Positions 50,723 through 63,399 of a stretch of DNA of 64,000 bases are shown one piece after another; the first letter of the stretch is position 1; each line of letters opens with the position of its first letter. The stretch is from NCBI GenBank assembly GCA_965153285.1, contig OZ229121.1. One strand, given 5' to 3'. The notes beneath the pieces were generated by a model. The model saw only the letters and a program-made list of their open reading frames with translations, was not told the origin of the DNA and ran no database searches. A program made the position numbers and the translations under genes. This DNA is from Podarcis tiliguerta (Eukaryota).

Positions 50723-51316
50723 CATAGCTGTCAAGTGTCCCTTATTTGAAGGGACAGTCCCTTATTCCAACGCCATGTCCCGCTGCTGTCCCTTATTGAT
50801 GGATGCCCCTCAAATGATGTCCCTTAAATTTCAAAGGAAGCAGCTCCTCTCCCTCCCTCCCTGCCGGCCAGGGTGGAGGGAGGCTCCAACTGTGTTGCTT
50901 GGCTGTGTTGCTCACCCAATAAGAAATCTAAGAATGATTGGGGGTGGAGCTTGCATGCCTTGTGTGTGGCTAGTTAATGCAAGCTGAGGAGGTTTTTGAA
51001 TGCTGGACGCCATTTTGTTGCATGTGCTGCTGCAAACTTTGCAGTGCAAAGCCAGGCCGGGGAGCCATCTTAAGTTGAGGCTGCATAGGCCTTGTGGTGC
51101 ATGCGATTCAGATTCTATTCAGTTGAACCTCTGGTTACAAAGTTGGTTGGACAGTGTTCTCGAAGCTACCAGCATGAGTTTGACCAGACTGCAGGAGGAC
51201 AGGAAGACTGGAGTGCCTGGAACAGGTGAGGCTGCAGGTCCCTTATTTTGGCTGCTGGTCCCTTATTTTCAAGGCTGCTGGTCCCTTATTTTCAAATCTG
51301 TAAGTTGACAGCTATG
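50723..51316. mobile_element. TIR element (hAT-like) containing a BovB fragment
   Basis: TIR CATAGCTGTCAA / TTGACAGCTATG; three GTCCCTTATT motifs near each end. Confidence 0.8.
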
Positions 51317-52597
51317 CTCATTACCCCTGCCCCACTGCCACAAAAGCAGTGAAATCTTATCTGCCTTAAGTGGTATTAGGAAATTTACCAAGGCTGTACA
51401 TTGTCATTAGTACTTGGTATGAAATAAAATTTTAACATTAATTCAGGGAGCATGTAATCAAAACAAATTACTAAAATGCAGAGGTGGTTTCAAGGATGGG
51501 CAGATGGGACACGGCTGTGAAATATTTATAGGGGATAAATTAAAATCACTGACTTTGCCCATAATTAAGAATATAAGAATAACCTTCTGGCTTTGGACCA
51601 AAGTCTATCTAGTTCAGCTTCCAGTTTGCACCATGGCAGCCAGATGCCACTGTCAGGACATGCAGAGAATAGTTAGCCATAGAGATGACGCAGGCATCAA
51701 ACACAGCACAGTTCACACCAATACATACCAACAAACCAGAACACCATTTTCAAATCAAATACAAACAAAAATGCAATTACCTTGTAAACTGCTCAAAATA
51801 CTGCTAACCCCAGGACTGACTATTCTCTGTGAATTTATTTAGTCCTTTTTCAAAACCATCTAGGTTAGTGGCTGTCTTATGGTAGTATGTTCTAAAAGTT
51901 AGCCAAATGGCTGCTTGCTGTGTGCAACATACAGCTGGCATCTCACGTTTACTCTCTGATTTCTGTGGTGCTTGCTCCCAGGAAAGTGTACACAGGGCTC
52001 CAGCCCTGAATTCTAGAAAGTCTGAATAAGAGTCAGAAAGAGGTGGGGCTTTTGATTTTAATCAAATATACAAAACGATGAGAATATTAAAATATAGCCA
52101 ATGCAAACAAGCCCATCATAATTTAACTGCTAGAAGAAGAAAATACATGCACAGTGCAGAAGTAGGCCATGCAAATATATTCTAAAATAAAGAGAAAGTA
52201 CTATATTCACACATACCATAAGCAATAGTGAGGAAAAGATCCAAAAAAGTAAAATTAAAGTAAGTAATACACAGTGTGACTGACTTTGATCCTAGATCTC
52301 TGGATCTTGTAAGGATTCCCCATGGCATGTATGACATAATACCACCTCTTGGTTTTATATAATTACCTGCTTTGAAGGTTAATTACATGACTTCTTTCTA
52401 CCCTGGCCTTAAGGAGGCCATAGTGGAACAAAATAAGTTCAATGAGAGAAACTACCAAACGGCAATTCATCAAGAGGTTCATTGATATCACTTGCCGATT
52501 TGCACACGTTAATCAACTGGCGCATCAATGTCGGGATGCCTGTGATATCAACTACTGTTTTCTGTGAAAGGTCACTGTTCATAAGGTCATTATTGTT

Positions 52598-53040
52598 AAA
52601 GGTAAAAGGTAAAGGGACACCTGACCATTAGGTCCAGTCGTGACTGACTCTGGGGTTGCGGCGCTCATCTCGCTTTATTGGCCGAGTGAGCAGGCATACA
52701 ACTTCCAGGTCATGTGGCCAGCATGACTAAGCCGCTTCTGGCGAACCAGAGCAGCGCACGGAAACACTGTTTACCTTCCCGCCGGAGCGGTACCTATTTA
52801 TCTACTTGCACTTTGACGTGCTTTCGAACTGCTAGGTTGGCAGGAGGAGGGACCGAGCAACGGGAGCTCATCCCGTCTTCTATGATTCTATTATGTCAGG
52901 AGTGCTCTGATGGTGTTTCCTGCTTGGCAGGGGGTTGGACTCGATGGCCCTTGTGGTCTCTTCCAACTCTATGATTCTATAATTCTATGATTTGAACTGC
53001 CAACCTTCTGATCGGCAAGCCCTAGGCTCTGTGGTTTAGC
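52598..53040 (-). mobile_element. Sauria SINE interrupted by a CR1 3' tip
   Basis: TSD GTCATTATTGTTA / GTCAGTATTGTTA; insert at 52878-52992. Confidence 0.92.
52878..52992 (+). mobile_element. CR1 3' tip
   Basis: TATGTCAGGAGTGCTCTGATGG...CCAACTCTATGATTC matches 7147-7240. Confidence 0.92.
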
Positions 53041-53689
53041 CCTGTCAGTATTGTTACTTTTCTGCATTTCCCTTCCTTCTGATTTCACTGTTTCTGATCA
53101 CCAGCAGCAGCCTCACAACCAAATGCATTTATGTACCAGCAACTCAGGGTACCACTTTATGCATCTGATGTACTTCACAAAATAAACTGGTTAGTTTTTA
53201 AGGTGCCAGACTACCCTTCTGGAAATCATTTCTGCATTGTTGTTTTATTCAGGATACTGTGCATGTGCAGGTTTGTATATGTAATTATTACTTCAATCCA
53301 TGAAGTGCTTCTTCTTTAAAATGTGAGGACATTTTCTGTTGGAGCCATTTCTTTTCACACAACACAACACAACACACTTAACACTACACATTGATAGCAG
53401 GTGGGGAATGAGGCTTATTGGGTTGTGTTTTTGTTCTTGTTCTTAGCACGTATTTTGTGTTTTTATAGTGTATTTCTATGTTGTGAACTGGCCTGAACAT
53501 CTACAAATGAAGGGTGGTATACAAATGTAATAATAATCATAATAGCCATGGCTTCCCTCAAAGAAGTCTGGGAACTGTAGTTTGTTAAAGGTGCTGAGAG
53601 TTGTTAGGAGGCCCTTATTTCCCACCCAGGGAACTCTAGGATTATGTTTTGGGTACACCAGCCAAATATGCTTTCCTCAGAAAATGGGA

Positions 53690-54504
53690 CAAAGCGTGTT
53701 CTCATTAAAGGAGAGCACATGTTGCGGATGGGGCCGAGCAAAGCACCCCATGGTTGCCAGGCAGGATAGACTGAAGGGGCTTGGATCGGATTGGTGGTTG
53801 GTGTTGCTGGGGTAAATTTGATGTTGCCAATTTAGGGGTGGGAACAGAGGTTATTTAAACAAGGCTCACAGCATGTTCCTTTCTCTTTCGCTGTGGGCAC
53901 CGGATCACCCGCCCGCCCTCCCTTGATTGGGCTTGTGCTTTGACCTTGCTATGCCTGTCATGGGGTCGTCCGCATTGGTGCGGGGGCTGGTAGGAATTTT
54001 TCCTTTTGGCTGATTAGTGTGTGCCAATTGGTTTTTGCCTACTGCATAGCAAATCGTCACAACTTGTAAGGTTGGCGGTTAGGCATTGGTTTAAATTGGT
54101 TGGTGGAGGGGTATGGATTGGCTGTGCCTGCCCCTCCAATGCTGCTGCTGCACAGGAATTCTGTTAAAGGAATTCAGGGGCTTACCATCCTTTCGTCCAA
54201 ACCCCTGGAATCGGGTGCGGGCCGCGTAAGCTCCTGGGAGCATGCGGGGAGAAGCTGAGGGTCTGTGGCGCAGCTCCAGTTATCCCTGATCTTGTTCCTC
54301 CACACTGGCTTTCGCTGGAATCCGGGAGTCAGTGCTGTCCCCAAGACGGGGGGGACAGCTAGTCATAACCAATGCCCAAGCAACCACTCACAATTTGTAT
54401 TTTAATAAAGTTGTGGCCAAAATTATGCCAAAAACCTTAAACAAAAAGTATGTGTGATGTGTGAGTTATTGGGGTAGGGGTGTTTTGGGGACCTCGGCAC
54501 ACAA
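53690..54504 (+). mobile_element. DIRS/Ngaro-like solo terminal repeat (copy 2)
   Basis: See 40573-41394; again bounded by CAA. Confidence 0.75.
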
Positions 54505-57500
54505 TAATGGGATAATTTAACTTTTTTAAAAAAGCTACAAAGATTGTTTAACATCAAGAACAGTGTTTGACATATAGTTGAATATCAAGTTTATCTAGGT
54601 ACGCACAGAATGTAAATAGTCTCCTTTTCTTTCTGTTGATAAATACTGCGTGGTGTCAGCAGCATAAAATATATGCATCTTTTTGGACCCGAGTGGCTGT
54701 GCCTATTCTTAATTGATTAAAAAGCAAGACGTCTCACAAATGTGAAAAGGGAAACAGCTCTGTAAGCTGTATCATTGCTTCGGGTTTACATTTCCCATAG
54801 TGCAGAGGCTCGCCGAGTCTATAATGTATTTTTCACCTTCTCGTGTTTGCTCAAAGGCTTCCAAGCACAATATAAATTCCACTGTCAACCTGCACAATTA
54901 TTTTTACTAATCCGTTGAGAGTGCCACAAGCCAGAAACATTTGAACACTGTCAGCCTTGTACAATAATCCAAGAGCTCATTCAAGCACGCGCAGGAAGTG
55001 TTATGTAAATTCCAACTAACTTCTCTCTCTCTTTTAATGCATGAGTTCATTATGCTAATAATACTCCCCAGGCATCAAATTCATTCCTGTTACAGTCACT
55101 ACCAGCTCATCATAGCTCACCAGAGTGGGATCAACGGTAAGAACTACAAATGGGACTTGTTTTACAAACTACTCTGCCTAAAAGGGCAACAATCCTAAAG
55201 AGAGATCCCGGCTTTTACTTGTACAATAAGTAATCAAAAGCAACACTGCGGTGCCTCACAACAACTGACAGGCTCAGATTTCCAGGGAGCTGCTCCTGCG
55301 TTTAACTATATATTGAACATTTTCTTCTGAAACTAATCGGAAAGCCCTCCTGTTGAGTATCTAAGAGAAGTGTCCACATAACCAGAACATTTGTGAAGAT
55401 TAAGGTAGAAACACCACTATAAACATGTTTGCCAGATAATAAGCTCAATTTCTAGCATGGACCATTGCAACTGCCTGGGTGTGTGATTTTTATCTAGCTT
55501 TCTTTTAAAAAACACATATCTTCGCCTTACATATTGAATATTGAATACCAATCGGCCAAATAGCCCATCACAAATTATCATCAACTGCATCGCTGTGAGA
55601 AAACTAAAATGTGCATTTGCCAATATTCTCAGTTTACCATTTTTAACCCAATTTGCCATTCAAATTCCAGTTTTGCGCCATAATGTGCATACAGTATAAA
55701 TCTGCAGATGCGCAGATATGACGCTTTTCTACCCAGCAACAGATTGGGCAAGATTCTAGCAGGTGAAGGCTGCAGTGGGTTCAAACTTGGCCCCACCTGC
55801 TCCTTCCTTGCCACATACTGCTGACTGGCTTTAAATGTGTTGTGAACTTCTAGACAGACTATCCCTGATTCCTTTTGTTTTATGAAGAAATCTCCATAAT
55901 AATAGGATTGTTTTGAGCTTTCTAATATTCTGTCAAAGCCTTTGGAATTTATGAATTAATGTCTCAAGTAATCCACGGAATGCAGGAATTGACTCTGAAG
56001 TTATTGCATTTCAGACAAACACAAGAATGACGCAGAAATTACAGACATATCTAATAGACTTTGCCCTCTGGAGATGAAAATTTCCCAGGAGAATTATCTT
56101 AGAAAAATCTCTTTGCCAGCCGCCCTCGCTGACACAGACACTGCATGGATCCTGTTGAGTGTATGATGAAAGCAGGTAACACAGCAAATTCACATACACA
56201 TTCAGTTTTGACAGTAGGAATTTCTCTCTCATGAGATCGTACAAGAACCTGTTAGGGTGGGACAAAAACACTCCAATTTGCTCTCCAAAATGCAACCCTG
56301 GGCTTTGCTAGACAGCTGGACAGTCACATCAGTTAGAGACCTCCAAGAACGCCCAAAAGTGCCCCAATATGGAGCGTGTTTTTTGCCTCTCTTGGCTTTT
56401 CTCTATTCTTTGGGCAGTTCAGACAGTGGGATCTCCCTTATATCTTCCACAGAGATGAGAGATGCAAAGAATTAATTCAGCTTCTCTGCAATCTCCTTTT
56501 CTTTCTTTAGCACAACTTTGACACTCTTGTCAACTGAGGGCCAAATCTGTATGTGGAATGGGAGGTCGAAGGATATCTTCCTTCATATCAAGCAGAAAAA
56601 TGTCTTGGTCGAACCTTGGAACCAGGTGTTATCTCCTATTACGCCCTTCCTTTTAATTGTATTAATAAACAACTGCAAGTAAAAAGCTACGCACTTTACT
56701 TCTCCTCTGCTTTCAACACCTCTAAGAATGTATTCCTAATAAAAATATGTAATACACCACCTTTTTTGAAACCTAAATTTTCTATACACTTTGCATAAGA
56801 GAACCGTCATCAAAATATATCAGACAAACTTAGGTACAGGACTCGAAAACACTGTTTCTAAACCATAAACTAGTAGTAACACACACAAAAATCTGCTGAA
56901 ATTCATTATCTTTAGAACATTGGAATTTCTAATTCTTTTTCATCTCGAAGAGAACGATTCTATGATTTGATTACATTATATAGTTCTGATCAAGTTAACC
57001 TTTCTCCTCCTGTACAATATACTTGATCTATTCTTCTCAAAAGTTGGTTTTTAATTTGCATGACTGTTTTGGTAGAAAGATGCAAAATACCCTGAAATAG
57101 ATTTTACCAGTTTTATTTCTGTGTGTATTATAATGATTCCTTTAAGTGAAAAAGTTCACTGAAAGTAGTTAACAGTGGAATTAGGGCAAGGTGGGGAAAG
57201 GGGCCCGGTGGAAAAAAACTAAGAATTCACTTCTAAGCATGGCCAATCAGAAGTAAGGACGGGATGGAGTCCTCTGCAGCAGTCCAATTAGTGAGTGCAG
57301 CTTACGTAACTCAAACTCAAGTCCCACAGGTGTGAGGAACTACAAAGAAAAAATAGGTAACTGTCTGAATTCAAAAAAGTACATGGGGCTCACTCTTAGC
57401 CAAAGCAGTTGTTTAAAACACAAATCTATGTAGCATTTGCAAAGTGTAGGAAATGTTAAACTCTTTAATGTTCCAGTATTAAGCACTTTAATTCTGCTTC

Positions 57501-58512
57501 TCTCATAGTGAATAGGCCACAATCTTGAGTAAGTTGAATTGCTTTACTTACAGTAACCAATCACTCATGCATCGTTCAATGCTACAGCAGAAACAATGCA
57601 GACAAGGTAATCTTGGTTACAAAATGCAGAAGTTGGTTGCAAACACAGAGTCTGGGCATAGAGCTCCAGGCTAATGCATCTACTCAGCTTACATGGTTCA
57701 AACAGAAAACAACCCTTGTTCCTCACTCCCCAAAGCTGAAGGGTCATGGCCAATCTGAGTCTTCTCTACCACTTAAGAACTCTGTGATCCCTAACCCCTT
57801 TCATATTGACAATTATGCATCAATCTGCCACAGGGTGATGGCTGAGGAGACTTTTAAAATGGAATGTTTTCTTTTCTTTTTAGGGAACAACAAATTATGT
57901 TCTAGGCTCGATAAAGGAGATTTTTTGGTGTGAATTTTTTTTTTTAATGGTACTGATGACTGTGAACTCTCACAGGGGAGACAACAGATTGCATTGTTCA
58001 TGAGCACATGAGCTACAGCCAGGCTTGCCCTTGGGTTTGCTTTTTATGAGCTTCGTTCCCTTCCCTACTCATAAGTAAACCATCCTGACGTCAATGCAAC
58101 AAAGTCAAAGTAAGCTAATAGTTCAAATCCAGCTGTACTTGTGAATAGTACCTGGATGACAATTGATAAATTATCTTGCGACCTTAATTCCACATTTGTT
58201 TGATTTAAGATTGCACATGATTTAAGACTGCGCATGGAGGTCTCTGAAGTGAACTTCACATTCACTTAAATGGAGAGGGCAGATCTGGACATGTGTACAT
58301 GCATAGATCAGTGTCTTCCGCTATACTGAAGTGTGGGTGCTTCATGTAAACATGACAGATCCTTCATACTTGGTTGGCTTGGGAGAAGCATAGTTTAACT
58401 TAGAAAACAGAAAAATTAGTATTTTCTGTTCAAGAATATCCTATACCTGTCTTTATTCTATGGATCATATTCCAAAAATAAGGTTAAATCATCATTACTC
58501 AATATTTTTATG

Positions 58513-58650
58513 CAGGGCTTTTTTTTCTGCCAGAACTCTCTGGAGTTCAGTTCCAGCACCCCTCAGGTGGGCACGATTGTCATCATAAGAGAACAAGGGA
58601 GGCGTTCAGAGTGAGTTCTAGCACCTCTTTTTTCTAGAAAAATAGCACTG
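58513..58650. mobile_element. Small TIR MITE
   Basis: CAGGGCTTTTTTTCT / AGAAAAATAGCACTG; TTTTTATG on both flanks. Confidence 0.7.
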
Positions 58651-59324
58651 GTTTTTATGAAGCATCTTCAAAGAGACACCATTTTTAAAAGTGTTTTAAT
58701 AAAAAATACAATTCTAAGGGGAAATTCTATTCCTAGATGTATTCTGGATGCATTTCCTTCTCTCCAAGGGTTACACTAATCAATTGTAATCCTGATGTAA
58801 TTAATCATTTATTCGTTCAATTAACTAGCTTCAAGGAGATGAACTCTACCGGTATGTAATTGTGAAACTGGACTGGTAAGATGTTCAGTTCATAAACGGG
58901 AGTATAATGGGAAAGAGGCAATGCAAATGAAAATTCATAAGCAAAAGAGTGCAGTGAAAGTGCCTGCTTGGTCTCAAGTGGCAGGCAGTTCCAAAGTGCC
59001 TGTGAGGTGGTGGGACTGAGGGAAGGGCTTCCCATGAAGATCTCAGAGTCCAGACAGGTTTCTATGTGGGAATACCATCTTTCAGATAGCTTGGACCTAA
59101 GCCAAATAGGGCTTTATAACCAGCACTTTGTGCCCAGAAGCAGATGGTTAGCCCATGGAACTGTTATGTAGCAAGGCAGCTGTTATGGATGCTCCCTATA
59201 CCAGCCCCAGTCAACAATCTGGCAGCAGTTCTTTGAGCCAGTTGAAGTTTCCGAGCACTTTTTCAAAGAAAGCCCCACACAGAGCACACTACAGTAATCC
59301 AAACGGGATGTAACTAAGGTGTGT

Positions 59325-59757
59325 ATAGAAGACTGGATCCAAAAGCTGACAGAATATGCTGAATTAGATGGTCTATCAGAAAAAATAAAGAATAAATCAA
59401 AACAGGAATTTGTTTCAAAATGGGAGGTTTTCAAAAATATTTGAAAAATAAATACAGTTGTTTAAATTCTGTTGCAGCATTCGAGGAACTTCAGTAATAG
59501 TTGCAAGGTAGATATAAGAAATTAGATATATTAAGAAAAAGTTTAATTATGATAAAAGTGTGTATTGGCAATAAGTAATATGAAATCGAAATATGGAATA
59601 GACGGGAGGTTGGGTCTTTAGTGTTAAGACCAATATATGTTTTATTGTTTGTTAAGAAAATTATGTGTCTATGGTTATTCCAGTGTGTAATTTGGTATTT
59701 GTGTTTTTTTCTTTTTTCTTGCTATATCAATAAAAAGTTAAAAACAAAATTTTAAAA
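59325..59757 (+). mobile_element. L1-clade LINE 3' fragment A
   Basis: DWIQKLTEYAELD; AATAAA then A-rich tail; TSD AAGGTGTGT. Confidence 0.85.
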
Positions 59758-59952
59758 AAGGTGTGTGTCCTTGTGTCGAAATCGGACATCTCGAGGAACG
59801 GGTGCAGCCGGCACACAAGCTTAAACTGTGCAAAGACACTCCTGGGCACCACAGAGACCTGGGCATCCTTGCTCAGGGCTGAATCCAGAACAAACCTGTG
59901 TCTTCAGAGGGACCGGTACCCCAGGCAGCACAGGTTGAATCCCTAGTCCCCT

Positions 59953-60613
59953 ATTCTTCCATATGTGGTGGATATGTAGGAAAACACAGGTATTCTGGGA
60001 GAGTATACATGCAGAACTGCAAAAAATGCTAAAGATCTCTTTCAATAAAAAACCAGAGGCCTACCTCCTGGGAATAACAGATTTGGATATTCCACAAAAG
60101 AGGAAGGGTATCTTTTTATATGCGACGGAGTTTTGATCGCAGCAAAATGGAAGAGTAATGAAATCCCCTCTATTCAAGATTGGATCCAAAAGCTGACAGA
60201 ATATGCTGAATTAGATGGTTTATCAGAAAAAATAAAGAATAAATCAAAACAGGAATTTGTTTCTAAATGGGAGGTTTTTAAAGAATATCTGAAAAATAAA
60301 TATAGTAGTTTAAATTCTGTTGCAGCATTTGAGGAACTTCAGTAATAGTTGTAAGGTAGAAATAAGAAATTAGATTTAATGAGAATAAGTTTAATTATGA
60401 AAAAAATGTGTATTGGCAATAAGTAATATGAATTTGACGTATGAATAGATGGGAGGTTGGTTCTTTAGTGTTAAGACCAATAGATGTTTTATTGTTTGCT
60501 AAGAATATTATGTGTCTATGGTTATTTTTGTAATTTGTGTATAATTTGGTATTTGTGTTTTTTGTTTGTTTGTTTTTCTTGTTGTATAAATAAATAAATA
60601 AATAAATAAATAA
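59953..60613 (+). mobile_element. L1-clade LINE 3' fragment B
   Basis: HMWWICRKTQVFW...IAAKWKSNEIPSIQDWIQKL; (TAAA)n tail; 16-bp TSD GAATCCCTAGTCCCCT. Confidence 0.9.
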
Positions 60614-60713
60614 GAATCCCTAGTCCCCTGTTCTGCATTCTGACTGACCAAGAGCTCCTCCGTCCTGTCTAGTTTAAGTTTCAATTTGTTCACCCTCGTC
60701 CTCTCCATGACAC

Positions 60714-60950
60714 CAGGAGCACAGGGGGGCTGTGGCCCCAGGCACACAATATTTGAGGGGGCGCGAACTAGGCGCCCCCAGTCAGGTGACCCCAGAGCAG
60801 CGCAGCCTGGGATGGAGGCACTCCAGCAGCGTTGGCGGCAAGGGCCGGGCTGGCGCCTCCCCTGCCCGGCATGTGCAAGCGCAACCACCCTTGGCACTGC
60901 CTTGGATTTAGCTGGAAGGGAGAAACAGAGCTGGGTGCTGTCAGCACACT
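60714..60950. mobile_element. GC-rich hAT-like MITE remnant
   Basis: GC-rich block interrupting the L2; TGACAC near both ends; boundaries approximate. Confidence 0.5.
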
Positions 60951-63399
60951 AGTGACACTGAACCCCTAAGCTCCAAACAACCTCCCCAGCAGTTTCACAT
61001 CAATGCTCAATAGCATGGGGAGAAGAGACAGTCAAGGTGTCAAGCACCGCCCCCCCCCCAGCACCACCTTCTGGGTTTGCCCCTCCAGGAAAGAACAGAG
61101 CCTCTGTAAAACAGTGTGTGGATAGGAAGTATAATAGGGGAATGTTTCTCTTTTGTGGCACAAAAGGGGAACGACAGAGAGGAAAATATACAAGACATTT
61201 TAGCTATGTAAGAAAGCAAAGGTGCAATCCTATACACCCTTACCATGCTTCTGGCATAGGGCTTGCTTCTGAGTAGACACACACAGGATCATGCTTACTC
61301 AGTTCACTGGAAGTGAGTTTTATAGAACCCAATGTGGCTTACGCATAGGATTGTACTGTATCTGTAAAATTCTATGCGTATCTCGGACTTACTCCTAGAT
61401 AAGGGTGCATAAGACTGTGGCTTTAAAAACACCCTGAGCAAGAAAAATGTTAATGATAAGAAAAGGCAGGTGTTTTACTTCATAGCCATAGGTTTCATTA
61501 TTAATTGAAAAGCCAGCTCAATAATTTCAATAATTCTACAAGGCCAAAACAACAGCCCCACTCCAAAAGGGAAAGCCCATGAAAGCAGAGGTAAAATTGG
61601 ATAAGTGAAACATTTGTTTGGTTTGGTTTGTTTTAAGTAGATGGAGGCTGATATTTTGTGTTAGATAGTATTTTATTTTCTTAAACCTTTTAAAGGATTT
61701 AATGAGCTGCCTGTTTGTTAGCTTATACTGCTAATGGTTGGACAAAACTAACTGAAATAAAAAGGAAGAAATTGGTTTAATCTAGGTAGGCATGCATTCA
61801 ACTCTGACCCTCACTGTGAAAGGATTATTAATATTTGCATTTCCTGATGGGAAATAATGAGACAAAAACTTATGTGTCCAGAGTAGGTGTAGAATTTGAA
61901 CCCAGGGCCATTGTATCCCGATGTTGTCACATTTCATGCGGGCTATATACAAAATTTAAAAAATCCAAGATTCATTTATAAGGTATTTGCATAGCTACAG
62001 TATACATTTGCTTGTGTAGTATATATCTGATACTAGCATATCCCCTTTGTGACATGCCTATATTGCAAGATTAAGTCCCATATGCATCGCATAGTTGCTC
62101 ACGCTGCTTTGCCAGTGAGCAAACTGGCGATTCTGCTTGACTTTCTTATTATTTCTTTTCTTTCTTTTCTTTTCTTTATACTGTTCCACAAATCCCTTGA
62201 GATTCCGTGTTAAGTGAAAAAGCCCCAAGACTGTGAGACTGTTTCAGGTTAGTGTTGCCTTTATTGCTGTGTATGGGGAAAACAGAGAATCCCAAGGCCT
62301 TTTTCCTTAAGGCAAAAAGTAAAAATAAAAAAAACCCCACCTGTTCATAGAATAATCTCAGTGTTCCACATCAACCAAGAAGATGTGCAACTGGGATGGC
62401 TTTCTGTCCTTAATTTATAAATATGCTACTTGATTCTGTTTCTTGGTGTCAAGCATCCTAAAGTTTCTTTCAGTAAACAAGGCACGAGCCCAGAAAAAAA
62501 CTTTCAGGTACCAGTCTTTAAATTGCCAGTTTGTGCCCTAGGGCTTTTCTTAGGCAAAGATTTTATTAACCGCAGGTTCTGTTCCGCTCAATTTTGCCTC
62601 TGCTACTGGAAAACTGAAGCAACCTAGAAACAAGGACGGCACTTTTGTGCTGGTCCCTGCGTCTTGATAACTCTTCCTGTCACTTTCTCACCAGTCCTTG
62701 TCAGCAAAAAGAAAGAGGTGTATAAAACCGAAATGAGAAGCACCAAGAATCTGCCTGATATTAATAAAACACTGGCCAAAAGGAAATCCTCAAAGAAACT
62801 GCATTCGCATAGCCAGCGATGGTTCTAGAAATGCATTGCCTGCAGTCCAGGATTAATTTAGGCCCTGAATAGTTGTTACATTTGCATTTACTTAGTTATT
62901 TCTTTACTAAATGTGTCTCCTCCTGCTGCTCTAGCAGACCCACATATACATAACGAAGGGGGAAAGTCTTCAGGCACCTCTGAAATGAAGGCTGTGTCCT
63001 TCGCACCAACTTCTTCCAACCTGCCGCCCTCCAAAGGCTTTGGAATACCATACCAGCCCTGGCTGGGGCTGTTGGAGTTGTGATCCAAGACATCGGAAAG
63101 GCACCAGGCTGGCAAAATGCACATTTACCAGGGAGTAAGTTCCACTGAATTCAGGATTTCCTTCTGCGGAGGCATACCTACAATAAGAGGCGTACCTATG
63201 GGTTGGTGAAACTGCTCCTTGCCAGGGGCGTAGGCCGAGTGGCGGGGGGCAAGAGCTGAGAGCTGGGCATTAGGAGAAATGACAGTAGACTGCTGGAGAC
63301 TATGGAGTGTAGTGCATCAAATGCAGAAGAAGTGGGGTTTTTCTGGGGGAGAGTGCCAATACAGCTCCTGGCAATTGCACTGTAAGTTACCTATGCCTG

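Larger units (their letters stand above)
58960..61030 (-). mobile_element. Old L2 split by two L1 insertions and a hAT-like MITE
   Basis: Minus translations HTLVTSRLDYCSVLCVGL, ALWNCLPLE and VNKLKLKLDRTEELLV in colinear order. Confidence 0.8.

Noticed and set aside
40573-54504. One 14-kb LTR retrotransposon bounded by the two repeats
   Set aside because: No gag/pol between them; interior holds old SINEs and unique host-like DNA; no outer TSD
59325-60613. Local tandem duplication
   Set aside because: Each L1 copy has its own TSD and tail; reported as independent insertions
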